Shown in pieces: positions 23,447 to 35,284 of a stretch of 64,000 bases of DNA (its first letter is position 1; each line of letters starts with the position of its first letter). Source of the stretch: Hypanus sabinus (lineage: Eukaryota); assembly GCF_030144855.1 (NCBI RefSeq), contig NC_082707.1, positions 118,544,001 to 118,608,000 of the forward strand, in the 5' to 3' direction. Below the pieces are notes generated by a model. That model was not told the origin of the DNA. It did not search any database and worked only from the letters and a program-made list of their open reading frames with translations. Both the position numbers and the translations under genes were made by a program.

Positions 23447-25650
23447 GATCACAATATGATCGAATTCAACTTGAAATTTGACAGGGGGAATGTAAAATAT
23501 AATGTAGCAGTATTTCAGTGGAGCAAGGGAAATTACAGTGGTTTGAATGAGGACTTGGCCAAAGTAAGCTGGAAGGAACTGCTTGCAAAGATGTCAGCAG
23601 AGCAACAATGGTGTGCATTTCTGGGAAAAATGAGGAAGGTGCAGGACATATGTATTTCAAAAATGAAGAAATACTCAAATGCTGAAATAGTACAAGCATG
23701 GCTGACAAGGGAAGTCAAAGCTATTATAAAAGCAAAAGAAAGGGCATACAACAAAGCAAAAATTAGTGGGAAGATAGAGGATTGGAAAGTTTATAAAAAC
23801 CTACAGAGAGCAACTAAAAAATCATTATAAGGGAAAATATGAAATATGAAAGCAGGCTAGCAAATGATATCAAAGTTGATAGTGATAGTTTTTTCAAGGA
23901 TGTTAAAAATAAAAGAGAAAAGATAATAGATATAGGACTGCTAGAAAATGAGGCAGGAGAAATAACAATGGGGGACAAGGAGATGGCTAATGAACTAAAT
24001 GAGTATATTGCATCAGTCTTCACTGTGGAAGACACTAGCAATGTGCCAGATGTTGTAGTGTGTGAAGGAAGAGAAGTGGGTGCAGTTACTATTACAAGAG
24101 AAGAAGGTACTCAAAAAGCTGAAAGACCTAAAGGTACATAAGCCACCCAGACCGGATGAACGGCACCCTAGGGTTCTGAAAGAGGTAGCGTTAGAGATTG
24201 TGGTGGCATTAGAAATGATCTTTCAAAAATCACTGGACTCTGGCATGATGCCAGAGGACTGGAAAATTGCAAATGTCACTCCACTCTAAGAAAGGAGGAA
24301 GGCCGCAGAAAAGAAATTATAGACCAGTTAGCCTGACCTCCGTGGTTGGGAAGATGTTCGAGTCAATTGGTAAGAATGAGGTGATGAAGTACTTGGTGAT
24401 ACAGGACAAGATAGGACAAAGTCAGCATAGTTTCCTTCAGGGAAAATCCTGTATGACGAATCTGTCAGAATTCTTTGAGGAGATTGCAAGTAGGATAGAT
24501 GAAGGGGATGCAGTGGATGTTGTATATTTGGACTTTCAGAAGGCCTTTGATAAAGTGCCACACATGAGACTGCTGACCAAGATAAGAGCCCATGGTATTA
24601 CAGGAAAGTTACTAACATGATTAGAGCGTTGGCTGATTGGTTAGAGGCAGTGAGTGGGAATAAAAGGATCCTTTTCTGGTTGGCTGCCAGAGGCTAGTGG
24701 TGTTCTGCAGGGGTCAGTGTTGGGATCACTTATTTTTATGCTGTATATCAATGATTTAGATAATGGAATAGATGGCTTCATTGCCAAGTTTGCAGATGAT
24801 ATGAAGATTGGTGGAGGGGCAGGTAGTGCTGAGGAAACAGGTCGGATGCAGAAAGACTTAGATTAGGAGAATAGGCAAGAGAGTGGCAAATGAAATACAA
24901 TGTTGGAAAGTGCATGGTCATACACTTTGGTAGTAGGGAGAAATAAATGTGTGTATTATTTTCTAAATGTGGAGAAAATTCAAAAATCTGAGATGCAAAG
25001 GGAGATGCAAACCCTAACCCTAATACATTCATTTCAAGAGGTCTAGAACACGAGCAAGGGTCTGATGCTGAGGCTTTATAAGGTACTGGTGAGGCCTCAC
25101 CTTGAGTACTGTGAACAGTTTAAGGCCCCTCATCTTAGAAAAGATGTGCTGTTATTGGAGTGGATCCAGACCAGGTTCACAAGGATTATTCCAGGATTGA
25201 AAGGGTTATCATATGACGAACGTTTGATGGCTCTGGGTATTCTCTGGAATTCAGAAGGATATGGAGGGATCTCATTGAAACCTTTCAAATATTGAAAGGC
25301 CTAGACAGAGTCGATGTGGAAAAGATGTTTCCCATGGTGAGAGGGTTTAGGACAAGAGCGCACAGCCTCAGGATAGAGGGATGCTCTTTCAAAACAGAGA
25401 TGTGGAGAAATTTCTTTAGCCAAAGGGCGGTGAATTTGTGGAATTTGTTGCCACATGCAGCTGTGGAGGCCAGGTCGTTGGGTGTATTTAAGGCAGAGAC
25501 TGATAGGTTCTTGATTGGACATGGCATCAAAGGTTATGGGGAGAAGGCGAGAACTGAGGTTGAGAAGGAGAGGGAAAAAGGGATCAGCCATAATTGAATG
25601 GTGGAGCAGACCTGATGGGCCTATGTTCTGCTCCTATGTCTTATGGTGTA
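23447..25650 (+). pseudogene. CR1 LINE ORF2 (about 2.2 kb, 5'-truncated)
   Basis: PEDWKIANVTPL, NYRPVSLTSVVGK, VDVVYLDFQKAFDKVPH, SGVLQGSVLG..KFADDMKIGG, LYKVLVRPHLEYC; tail tctgctcctatgtcttatgg. Confidence 0.95.
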
Positions 25651-25927
25651 TTATTGGTTGAGAAATATGCAAAATTGCTGCAAATTACTATCAAATTACT
25701 ATAAATTACAAAATAAATAAATAATGCCATAAGGAAATAGTGAGGTGGTATTCATGAACTGTTCAGAAGTCTGATGATGGAGGGAGAGAAGCTGTTCCTC
25801 AATCATTAACGATTAACGAGGACCCTTGAAGATGCCAGTAAAGAAGTGCTTTGAGAGATTGGTGATGGCTAGATTTAACTCCAGTCAGAGCGAATATCTG
25901 GAGCTGCTGCAATTTGCATACTGTACT

Positions 25928-26148
25928 GGTTGGCGCCAGCAACCCAGGTTCAGCTCTATCGTTAGCTGTAACGTGTTTATACATTCTTGCTGTGACCATG
26001 TGTGTTTCCTCCAGGTGCTCCGGTTTTCTCCACATTCCAAGGACATGTGGATTAGTAGTTTAATTGGTCACATGGCTGTAATTGGGCAGCATAGGTTCGT
26101 TGGGCAGGAAGTGCTTGTTACTGTGCTTTATCTCTAAAGAAATAAACA
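25928..26148 (+). mobile_element. V-SINE
   Basis: gtgaccatgtgtgtttcctccaggtgctccggttttctccacattccaagga.. with tail tgttactgtgct..tctctaaagaaataaa. Confidence 0.8.
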
Positions 26149-26220
26149 AGTGACCAGCAGACGCAATCTCACTGGTTCTCTACTCTGCACATTGGAGCAC
26201 GTAAACAACTGCAAAACATA

Positions 26221-26422
26221 CAGTGGTCCTAGAAAGTTTGTGAAATATTGAATCACTTTCCTCAATAAATAAATAAACAGGTATAATTTTTTGTGCTATT
26301 TATTTAATTGGGTTCTCTTTATCTAGCTTTAGGACTTACATGAAGATCTGATCACAGTCTAGGACATATTTTTGCAGAAACAGAGAAAATTCTACTGAGT
26401 TCACAAACTTACTAGCTCCAAT
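26221..26422. mobile_element. Tc1-derived MITE (about 200 bp) with TA duplication
   Basis: TA-cagtggtcctagaaagtttgtgaa ... ttcacaaacttactagctccaat-TA are imperfect TIRs. Removing the element restores the Rex1 coding sequence. Confidence 0.8.
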
Positions 26423-26739
26423 TATGTAAGGCTGCTGTTTATTGATTACAGCTCAGTATTCAATAACATCATTCCCTAAGAATGACTTACCAAGTGTCCG
26501 AACCTGCGCCTTTGTACCTCTCTCTTCAACTGGATCCTCGACTGCCATGTTGGGAGAACACAGTCATTCTGGATTTGTGGTAACATCTCCTTGTCACTGA
26601 CAATCAACACATCAAGGATACATGCTTAGCCAACTGCTTTACTCTCTCTTCACTCACGACTGTGTGTCCAAGCATAGTTCGGAAACCATTTACAAATGCA
26701 CATTTGACTCTATTGTGGTTGGTAAAATCTCAGATGGGG

Positions 26740-27180
26740 TGTTGGTAGGAAGGATTGTTCCTGTAATGGAACTGACTGAGTCTGCAATTTCTGCAGCCTC
26801 TTCCAATCCTGCACATTGGATTGAAACTCCATATCAGGCAGCCAGTCAGAATGCTCTCCATTGTCCATCTGTAAAAAAAACCTGACATACCAGACCTCCT
26901 CATACTCTTAATGAAGTAGAATCATTGCCATGTTTTCTTTGTGATTGCAACAATGTGTTGGGCCCAGGACCAATCCTCAAAGATGTTGACAACTAGGACC
27001 TTGAAGCTGCTCACTTTTCCCACTACTGACCCCTCCATGAGGATTGGTGTGTATTTTCATAGTTTCCCTTCCCAAAGTCCATAATCGGTTCTTTGGTTTG
27101 CAGACATTGACTGCAAAGTTGTTTTTTGACATCATTCAAACTAGCTGATGTATTTCACTCCTGTATATATGCTGCTCGTC
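26740..27180 (-). pseudogene. Rex1/Babar fragment
   Basis: Antisense aaccaaagaaccgattatggactttggga (KTKE..DF) and gcttcaaggtcctag (FKxLG). Confidence 0.65.
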
Positions 27181-27499
27181 AGATAATGCTGCAGTCCATT
27201 TCAACCTGCTGTAAGAGTTGCACAGTGTTCAAGCCTGGCTGATCAATTTGCACTCCATGAATGGCAGGCAATGAGGATCTACAACAAGAGGGAATCTCAC
27301 TTTGCTATGATATTCAGTCTGATCGCTATTGAATATACCTCCACAATTTCTGTAGTCAAGAAAACAGTGATGAGAGCTACATGGACCCTGAAGTAATGAC
27401 AACAATATTCTAAACAAATCAGACAACGTAGGGGATATCAGTATTTATAATGAAGTAAGAGAACTTCAATTTCAGATATCTTTAGGAAAATAATATCAA

Positions 27500-28330
27500 A
27501 TTAGGCAAAGGTAATTGTCTAAATTAACATCGGCAAGATAGTTGGGTAATCCCAAGATCCAGATGGTTTCCGTCCCAGGATATTTAACAACACAGTTTAA
27601 AATCTTTATAGTGGTAGAACAATGATCTTAAAATGTTCTTTCATTTCTGGAACCATTCCTTTGAGGTTGGAAAATACTGTTTGTCGCTCACTATTTCAAA
27701 AATATGGAAGGAAATTAGAGGGCGGGCAACTTTATATATGTTGTTGGGGAAATTAATGGAGCCTATAATTAAGAAAAGAATAGTAGAACTCCTTGAAAAT
27801 TTTCAGTTGATGGAAATTCATAGTTCCTGCCTGATGGATTGTTTTCTATTTGAAGAAGTAACTGAAGTAGTGACGGGGTTTTTTAAAATAGAAGAAATTT
27901 AATAATGTCTTTCAAAAGGTGGCACCGTGTTTGAGGTGGGTGGCAAATTAGCTAAGCTGTATGAGGGAGGAGTAATGGGTGTGCAGTTAACTTCAACAGT
28001 TTGTGACATAATGTTCCACAAAGATTTGTATTGGGACCATTTTTATAAATCTTGGAAATAATTGTTTAAGATGAGACAGAAAGCCAAGTACAAAGTTCAC
28101 TAGTTTCACAGAGCTGGGTAGCATTTTAAACTCTATTACTGCATGCATAAATTACAAGGTGAATTATTAAATGAAGTGGATAAAACTGGGAAATAGATTT
28201 CATTCTCTACAGATGTGAGGCCATCCATTTTGGATAAAAGAAGCAAAACAGATGGAGTACCTCCTAAATGGTGAAAGGCTAGAAGTCATGTAACTTCAGT
28301 GAGCCTTCTGATCTACATACTTGATAATTA
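27500..28330 (+). pseudogene. Highly degenerate CR1 fragment
   Basis: ORF 27633-27902 LLGKLMEPIIKKRIVELLENFQL..SCLMD..FEEVTEVV. Confidence 0.55.
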
Positions 28331-29030
28331 GAGCACCAGTCCTTTCAGTAATGAAATTAGGAATAGCCTATGCACACAGCATTGTAGAAAACACAGAATT
28401 TTTCACTTTAAAGTGCAAATTGATTCGGGGGTGGGGGGGGGGGGTGGCTCCATTACTAAAATTGAAAGGCTATTGCACTACTCATGACAAATATTAGTAG
28501 TGGTTTATAGTTATGGTGTGGGTATATGAAGATACATTACAGAATAGTGACAGGATCAAACACTTGAGGCCTTGTCATGTTCCTTTTGTGCATTGCCAAA
28601 ATCTGCACCTCTACCATCCTGCAAGGTCACTGAATTTAATTTGGCCAGCCATCTAAGTTCTGTGCCTGACTATCTAGGATAATTAAATTGACCCAAATTC
28701 TATTAATCATTTACATGGCAAAAGCCAGGAATGTGAAGGAATACTCTCCAGTGGACCTCTCATGATGGACTTCCATCATGCAGGAAAAGGTGGCTGTTGA
28801 ATTCGCAAAGCTAGAAGATAGAGAACAAAGCCAGCACACAAAATAAACCTTTAGTTGTATACACCAGGATGCCTTTCTTAGACCTGAAGATGGATGACAG
28901 TGGCATGTGAAGAGTAAGCAGAGCAAAGTGTATGTGATAAAGCATCTTGTGGAATTTCTTCACAGCAAAGATGATTCCCAAGGCTTGCTTCTAGATTTGT
29001 CCATGGTTCCTTTCTGCTGTAATCAGTGAT

Positions 29031-30573
29031 GTACCTAAAGGTATACAAGTCACCCAGACCAGATGAACTGCACCCTAGGATTTTGAAAGAATTAGCGGTA
29101 AAGATTCTGGTGACATTAGTAATCTTCCAATAATCTTTCAAGAATTATTGGACTCTGGCATGGTTACAGAAGACTGAAAAATTGCAGATGTCACTCCAGT
29201 CTTTAAGAAAGGAAGAAGGCAGCAGAAAGGAAATTATAGACCAACTAACCTGAACTCAGTTGGAGTTCAGATGTTGGAGACGATTGTTAAGAATGAGGTT
29301 ATGGAGTGTTTTGTGATGCAGGACAAGATAGGACAAAGTCAGTGTAGCTTCCTTAAGTGAAAATGTTGCCTGATGAAGCTGTTGGAATTTTTTGAGGAGA
29401 TTACAAGTAGGATAGATAAAGGGGATGTAGTGGATGTTGTGTATTTGGACTTTCAGAAAACCTTTGACAGGGTCCCACATATGAGGCTGCTTGCCAAGTT
29501 AAGAGCCCACAGTATCACAGGAGAGTTACTGGCATATTTAGAGTATTGGGTGATTCATAGAAGGCAGCAAGTAGGAATAAAAGGATTCTATTCTGGTGAT
29601 TAGTGGTATTCTGCAGGGGTCAGTGTTGGGACTGCTTTTTATGCTGTATATCAATGATTTAGATGATGGAATATATGGCTGTTGCCAAATTTTCAGATGA
29701 TACAAAGATTGGTGGAGGGGCATGCAGTGTTGAGGAAAGAAGAAGGCTGCAGAAAGACATAGATGGATCAGGAGAATGGGCAAGAAAGTGGTAAATGAAA
29801 TACAACGTTGAAAAATGCATGGTCACTTTGATCGAAGAAATAAATGTGCAGACTATTTTCTAAATGGGGAGAAAATCCAAAATTCTGAGATGCTAAAGGA
29901 CTTGGGAGTCCTTGTGCAGAACAACCTGAAGGTTCACTTATAGGTTGAGACAGTGGTGAGGAAGGCAAATGCCATGTTAGCATTCATTTCGGGAGGTCTA
30001 GAACTCAAGAGCAAGGATGTGATGCTGAGGCTTTATAAGGCACTGGTGAGGCCTCATCTTAGAAAAGATGAGTTGGTATTGGGAGAGGGACCAGAGGAGG
30101 TTCACAAGGATGATTAGAGGAATGAAAGGGTTATCATATGAGGAACATTTGATGGTTTGGGTACTCTGTGGAATTCAGAAGGATGAAGAGGGATCTCATT
30201 GAAACCTTTCGAATGTTGAAAGGACTAGACGGAGTAGATGTGGAAAAGGTGTTTCCCATGGTGGGAGAGTCTAGAACAAGAGGGCACAGCCTCAGGATAG
30301 AGGGGTGTCCATTTAAAACACAGATATGGAGAAATAGCTTTAGCCAGACGGTGGTGAATTTGTGGAATTTGTTATCAGGGACAGCAGTGGAGGTCAGATT
30401 GTTGGGGGTATTTAAGGCGGAGATTGATAGATTCCTGATTGGCCGCAGCATCGAAGGTTATGGGAAGAAGGTTAGGGAGAGGGGCTGAAGAGAGGTAAAA
30501 AGGGTCAGCTAGGATTGATTGGGGGAGCAGAATCAATGGGCTGAATGGCCTAATTCTGCTCCTATGTCTTATG
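29031..30573 (+). pseudogene. CR1 LINE ORF2 fragment inserted in the Gypsy RNase H
   Basis: LLEFFEEITSRIDKGDVVDVVYLDFQKTFDRVPH; ETFRMLKGLDGVDVEKVFPMVGESRTRGHSL. Same subfamily as 23447-25650. gtgat is duplicated at 29026-29030 and 30574-30578. Confidence 0.95.
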
Positions 30574-32751
30574 GTGATCTGGCTGCATGCATGACAGCTT
30601 TTTCAGAACCATCAGGGAAGCCATGGGATATGCCAACAGCCACTCTGTAATTGGATGCATTTGTCACATTGATGATTGGCAGTTCTTTGTTAAAATGCAT
30701 CAGGAGAAGGTCAGACAACAGCGTATTCTCCACCTGATCTAAAGTTTCTTGACATTGTTTGGACTACTTCAATGTGGCACCATTGTTGAGCAGGGCATTG
30801 TGTGGAACTGCGTTGCTGGGAGGAATCCTGAATAATGACTGATCATGCTCAAAAATGATTGTAAGATGCTGATTTTTGCTGGTGGAGGTATCTTTAAGAT
30901 AGCAGAGATGTTTTCGGGATCTGAGTGACAACTGTGCTATGATGAGCACCAGATACTTGATGATATCAAGAGGCTGTATTTTTCTGTTCCAAGTCACAAC
31001 CCAAAAATCTTGTAGTTTGTTTAAAATGTGGTCCTGTGAGTTTCCCAACACTTCTACCTGGAGATGGCACTCAGTCAAGTCTAATTTTGCAAAGTAGCGA
31101 CCTCTGATCAATTTTGCTAAAACATCTGTAGGTGCCGGTAGTGGGTACTAGTGTGTCTCCAGAGCCGCAATGAGACCAATTGAAAAGTGTGCACACAATC
31201 TTGCTGTACAGTTAGCTTTCCTGATGATGACTACTGGAGCTGCCCAATGTGAGTAGTTGACAGCTTTGATCACATCAGCTTGTTATAGGTGATTTAGCAC
31301 TTGCTTGGTGATTGGTAAAGCTGCATATGGCACTGGTCTTTTGGAACAGAGACTGGCTTTGCATCTGGACGTAGATGATGTTTTGCTTGCAGTTTGGTGC
31401 AGTGACCTAAACCATTTTGAAACACTGAATGGTAGCCCTGTTGCAGTTGTATGTTTTCCCATATTGATGGTGTTATGGTAGTGACTGACATGATTTGAAC
31501 TGCCACTTGCCACTGTCTTTGTACAGACCCCATCCAGAGTGATGCTCCAGAGATCAAGCTTGTCCATTCAGTCAATGCCAAGGATGTTCAGATCTAGTTG
31601 GTTTGTTTGGGTAACACGCACTATTGACTTAGTTACCATTCAGCTTCATCATTCAGTGCAGTTTACCCAATGCACTACAGGCTGATTGACGAATTGTCTT
31701 GACTGGTAGGGATCCAAGTGCCTGCTACATGCATTTGGAGATAATGGTGATGTCGTATTGAGTTGTAGCTTGACCAATTGATTTTTGATAAATGCGTTGA
31801 CGTACCATCTCCAGGAGGTGAAGTCAACTTTGAACGTGGCTATTAAACTCCTAATAGATTTGTATGGCAAAACCCTTCTCTGTGACCACACGTTGTCATT
31901 TGCTGCAAATGTGGTTCTTATTTTGGCAGTTTCTGGTGTAATGCCATGCACTACAATTCCAACAAGCTGTGGTTGGCCGCTTGGAGACCTGCTGAGTGAT
32001 GATGTCTAGGCCGTTGAAAACTGTGTTTACACGGTTCTGTTCAACCAGGTTGGAATCATGTTTCAGATGATCAACTGCTGACATTCTTGAGTGACAGCTT
32101 GTAGAAACATATTAGGGTCTTGATCCAGTCTGGCCAAGAGCAGTTTGTAATTGTCTGCATCACCAGGTGCCTGAAGTCTACAAATTAAAAAATCACACAT
32201 TTGAACTGTGATTCAGTCATGTTACCCAGCTTGAACTTTTCACATTCACAGTTAACAACAGCAGCATTTGTGATTAAGTCATTGGCATCATGTTTGACGA
32301 GTTTTAGGCAGTGGTAGTGAACACTGGAGAAAGATGACTGCTGTCCAAAAATGCTTGTGAGCTGTTGGACAGTTTTGTCAAATGACTGTTCATGTGGGTT
32401 CTTCGGCAGGATAAAATTGAAATGATCCTTCAGTTGTACCCAATCTTTAGGGCAATTTGTGTGTCTTCCATGAGTTGTCTCTACTGGTGACCTCCATCTG
32501 GAAGATATCTTTGTAATATATGAATCAAGATTCAACCGTAACTCCCAAAGTAGTATTGAACTGGAAGTTGGTAATGGAAGCAACAAGTGACTCACACAAG
32601 TTTTCAATGTTTGATATTGATGTCATTGGACTGACTAATAACCTGCTGGTCAAGGTTTTGATTAACTTCAGCTGCAGCTATTGTAGAATTGCCTAAGTGT
32701 TCTGCTGAAATTGTCAGGTTGATGTAACAAAGCACTTTGTCGCCATTTTAT

Positions 32752-33046
32752 TGTGTTTGCTCACCTATAACTACTGATGAGACCCAAAGCCAGGAGATAG
32801 ACCATAGCTGAAACACAAAATAAAATTTATTCAATAAAACCATGCAGCCAAAAAACTCAATGGTGCTTCTGAAACATGACTATTTAAATGGTTTATGAAG
32901 ACGTCGTTAGGAACAATGACCAACCAGTGAAAGTCAGACTGAGATTAGTTGTCAGCCGACAAATGGGCATTGGTTGTTGTGGCTTGCCATGACAGTAGCC
33001 TGCTGGATTGCTGCCCTGAATATTCACTCCCTCCATCACTGACACA
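32752..33046 (-). repeat. 5' LTR of the Gypsy element (about 295 bp) followed by PBS
   Basis: TGTG...CACA termini, minus-strand TATA-like tttaaata (32881-32888) and AATAAA (32826-32832). PBS-like TGGCGAC lies just internal (plus-strand gtcgcca, 32739-32745). A partial second copy is at about 28790-28848. Confidence 0.7.
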
Positions 33047-33411
33047 ATTTGGCTGTGGAAGGTGTACAATCTATAAAATATACCGCAGAACAGCAACTCA
33101 TCAAAGTTTCTTTGACAGAATCTTCAAAACCCTTACCACTTAAAAATACAAAGCCAGTAGATGCATGCAAATACTAGTTCTTGCAGGTTCCCTTTCAAGT
33201 TGTGTACCATCTGACTTGGAAATATATCACTTCATTACCATGGATTGAAATCATGATACCATACCAAACAGTACTGCAGATGCATTATCAGGCTGTGAGA
33301 CTTCTGACTAGCAGGCTACCACCCAGTGCACATTATTTATGACAGTGCCAGTAGCAGTAATACAGTTAAATATTTATATGTTGTATATGCACTTTATGTC
33401 AACTTGAATGT

Positions 33412-33431
33412 CTACATACATACATGTATAC

Positions 33432-33467
<36 letters not shown>

Positions 33468-33468
33468 A
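33412..33468. repeat. Compound (TACA/TA)n(TG)n microsatellite
   Basis: catacatacatgtatacatatatatatatgtgtgtgtgtgtgtgtgtgtgtg. Confidence 0.95.
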
Positions 33469-35284
33469 TGGTTGAATGACATTGAGCTTGAACTTGATTG
33501 TTAGAATTGCAGTAGTTCAAATTCTCAAGCCTTTGGGATAATTTTACAATGTTAGCCTTGTAGGCAGTGTTCAGGAAGAGTGAATTATTGATATGAAATG
33601 ATTGATCTCTTGCAGATCTATTGTTTTCACATTTACTCAAGTGTATGACTGGCTGCCTTTGTTCTTGCTGCAGCAGCCTGACTTAATTTTCTGTAGCATA
33701 CGTCCATCCTGTGCAAAGCCTTCACTAATAGTCTTCTGGATGAGGGGACAATGAAGTCAATGAATTGTTCATTTGCTGGTCCTGCTTCAATAAAAATAAT
33801 TCAAAGGCAATCTCAAAGTATTGCCTTTAGATTTTATCCCCTATATTTATCTATATATAGTGCTTAGGTATGTAGCTTCCGTATGTCATTTCAGACAAAA
33901 AAATTCACTCAAGTTTGTTTCATTGCTCAACATCATATACAGAGCCTGAATGCACTCTTGGTTTATAGCAGTTTAGCAGTGCAGGATTTAGTTCTCTGTA
34001 TTTTTAAACGATTTTGTACAAAATATGGAGTGAATATTTACGATGACTAATCTGGGCTTCATGGTCTCTTGTCAGACCTACATACAGGTCCTGTTGACCC
34101 TCATTTGCAGTAAGACTAAACTGCTTTGTAGTCTTCATGTTTCTGACCATATAAGCATCATCACTGAATTCTGGAAAAATGCATATATCCCTTATTAAAT
34201 TAATTGTGTATCCATGCCAAAGACAAATACTAGTCAAAAATTATATAAAAAGCGAGACTTTTCGGCTTCTTGTTCTGTTATTCAAGTAGAACATGGCCCA
34301 ACTGTATTTTAACTTAATTTGCTTCCCTGGATTAAATAGCCTTCAACATCTTCCAAACAAAAATTAAGTTTGTGAAGGTTTCAATTGGTTTAATCATGAA
34401 AATGAGTTTGGTACTCCCAGATGTCCGAGACTGTTTGTACCGGGGTGTTCTGAAAATCATGAACACTGTGAAGGGTGTATTTTTTTAAAACTTGAAGTAA
34501 AATTGAGGCTGTCATACTTTCTTCAGCATTCAATGTAGCCGACAGGTGTCCTGCTCTGCTTGAGTTTCCAAGAGTATTAAGTTAACTAGGTTTCTAATGC
34601 CAATGGCTTTGAATAGATGTTGGCAGCTGTGTTTATTCAATGACCTCATTGTGATAATATGAAGTTACAGCTCCTCGTTTTATGCTAAATGTTATTGCAT
34701 ATCTATACATAGCTTTAAAGTCAAGGCCACAGTTTAACAAAGCACCGAGTGTTGCTGTTGTTTTGACTTTTTCTCTGATGATATTTAAATAAGGTTTGTT
34801 TGTTTTGGATTGAAACCTGGAGTGAGGATATCATTGTTCTTTGGTGAATGCGCTGTTAGTTCTTTAAAATGCTTTGACCTGTATGAGTATGTAGATACTG
34901 ATTCAAATGTAGAAGTATGTTTAGGTCAGTGGAGAGTGAGGCTTTGGTTTTGAAGACCGACTGTACAATAAGCAACATGAGTGAAAATGGCCATTTAAAA
35001 GATTGGATGAACATGAATAGGAGTAAATTTTGCAAGCCTTTCAAGTTATCCCTTTTCTCTTTTATGGACCAGAGCTCTTGATACTACCCTCAAGTGGTCA
35101 TGTACACTTCTGTGCCAAATTATAATTATCATTAAGTCTTGATACCTGAATATTGTCATAATTCTGGCACTTCTGAGATCTCTTAACATGTTTTTCTCTT
35201 CACAAGTGAGGGAAGTGAGGCCATAAATATATATGCCAAATGTTTCAATACTTCACTTGGGATTTTGTCTGATTCAGAGGCTTT

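Larger units (their letters stand above)
25830..26740 (+). pseudogene. Rex1/Babar RT fragment interrupted by a V-SINE and a Tc1 MITE
   Basis: KCFERLVM..LQFAY, then ..TYVRLLFIDYSS rejoined across the inserts, then LLYSLFTHDC. Confidence 0.75.
28790..33046 (-). mobile_element. Gypsy/Ty3 LTR retrotransposon (Mag-type, K02A2.6-like), decayed, integrase deleted, split by a CR1
   Basis: Gag FILPKNPHEQSFDKTVQQLTSIFGQQSSF..CLKLVKHD..CEKFKL..QFKCVIF; knuckle CWNCSAWHYTRNC; PR region KLQLNTTS and LGIDWMDKLDLW; RT KRPVPYAAL..WAAPVVIIRKAN..CAHFSIGL..YPLP..FAKLDL; RNase H FPDGSEKAVMHAAR|SLITAERNHGQI..AVKKFHKML. Confidence 0.9.

Noticed and set aside
32774-32816. CTGATGA...GAAAC inside the Gypsy LTR as a hammerhead
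   Set aside because: No stem II closing pairs, and no NUH or stem I can be formed.
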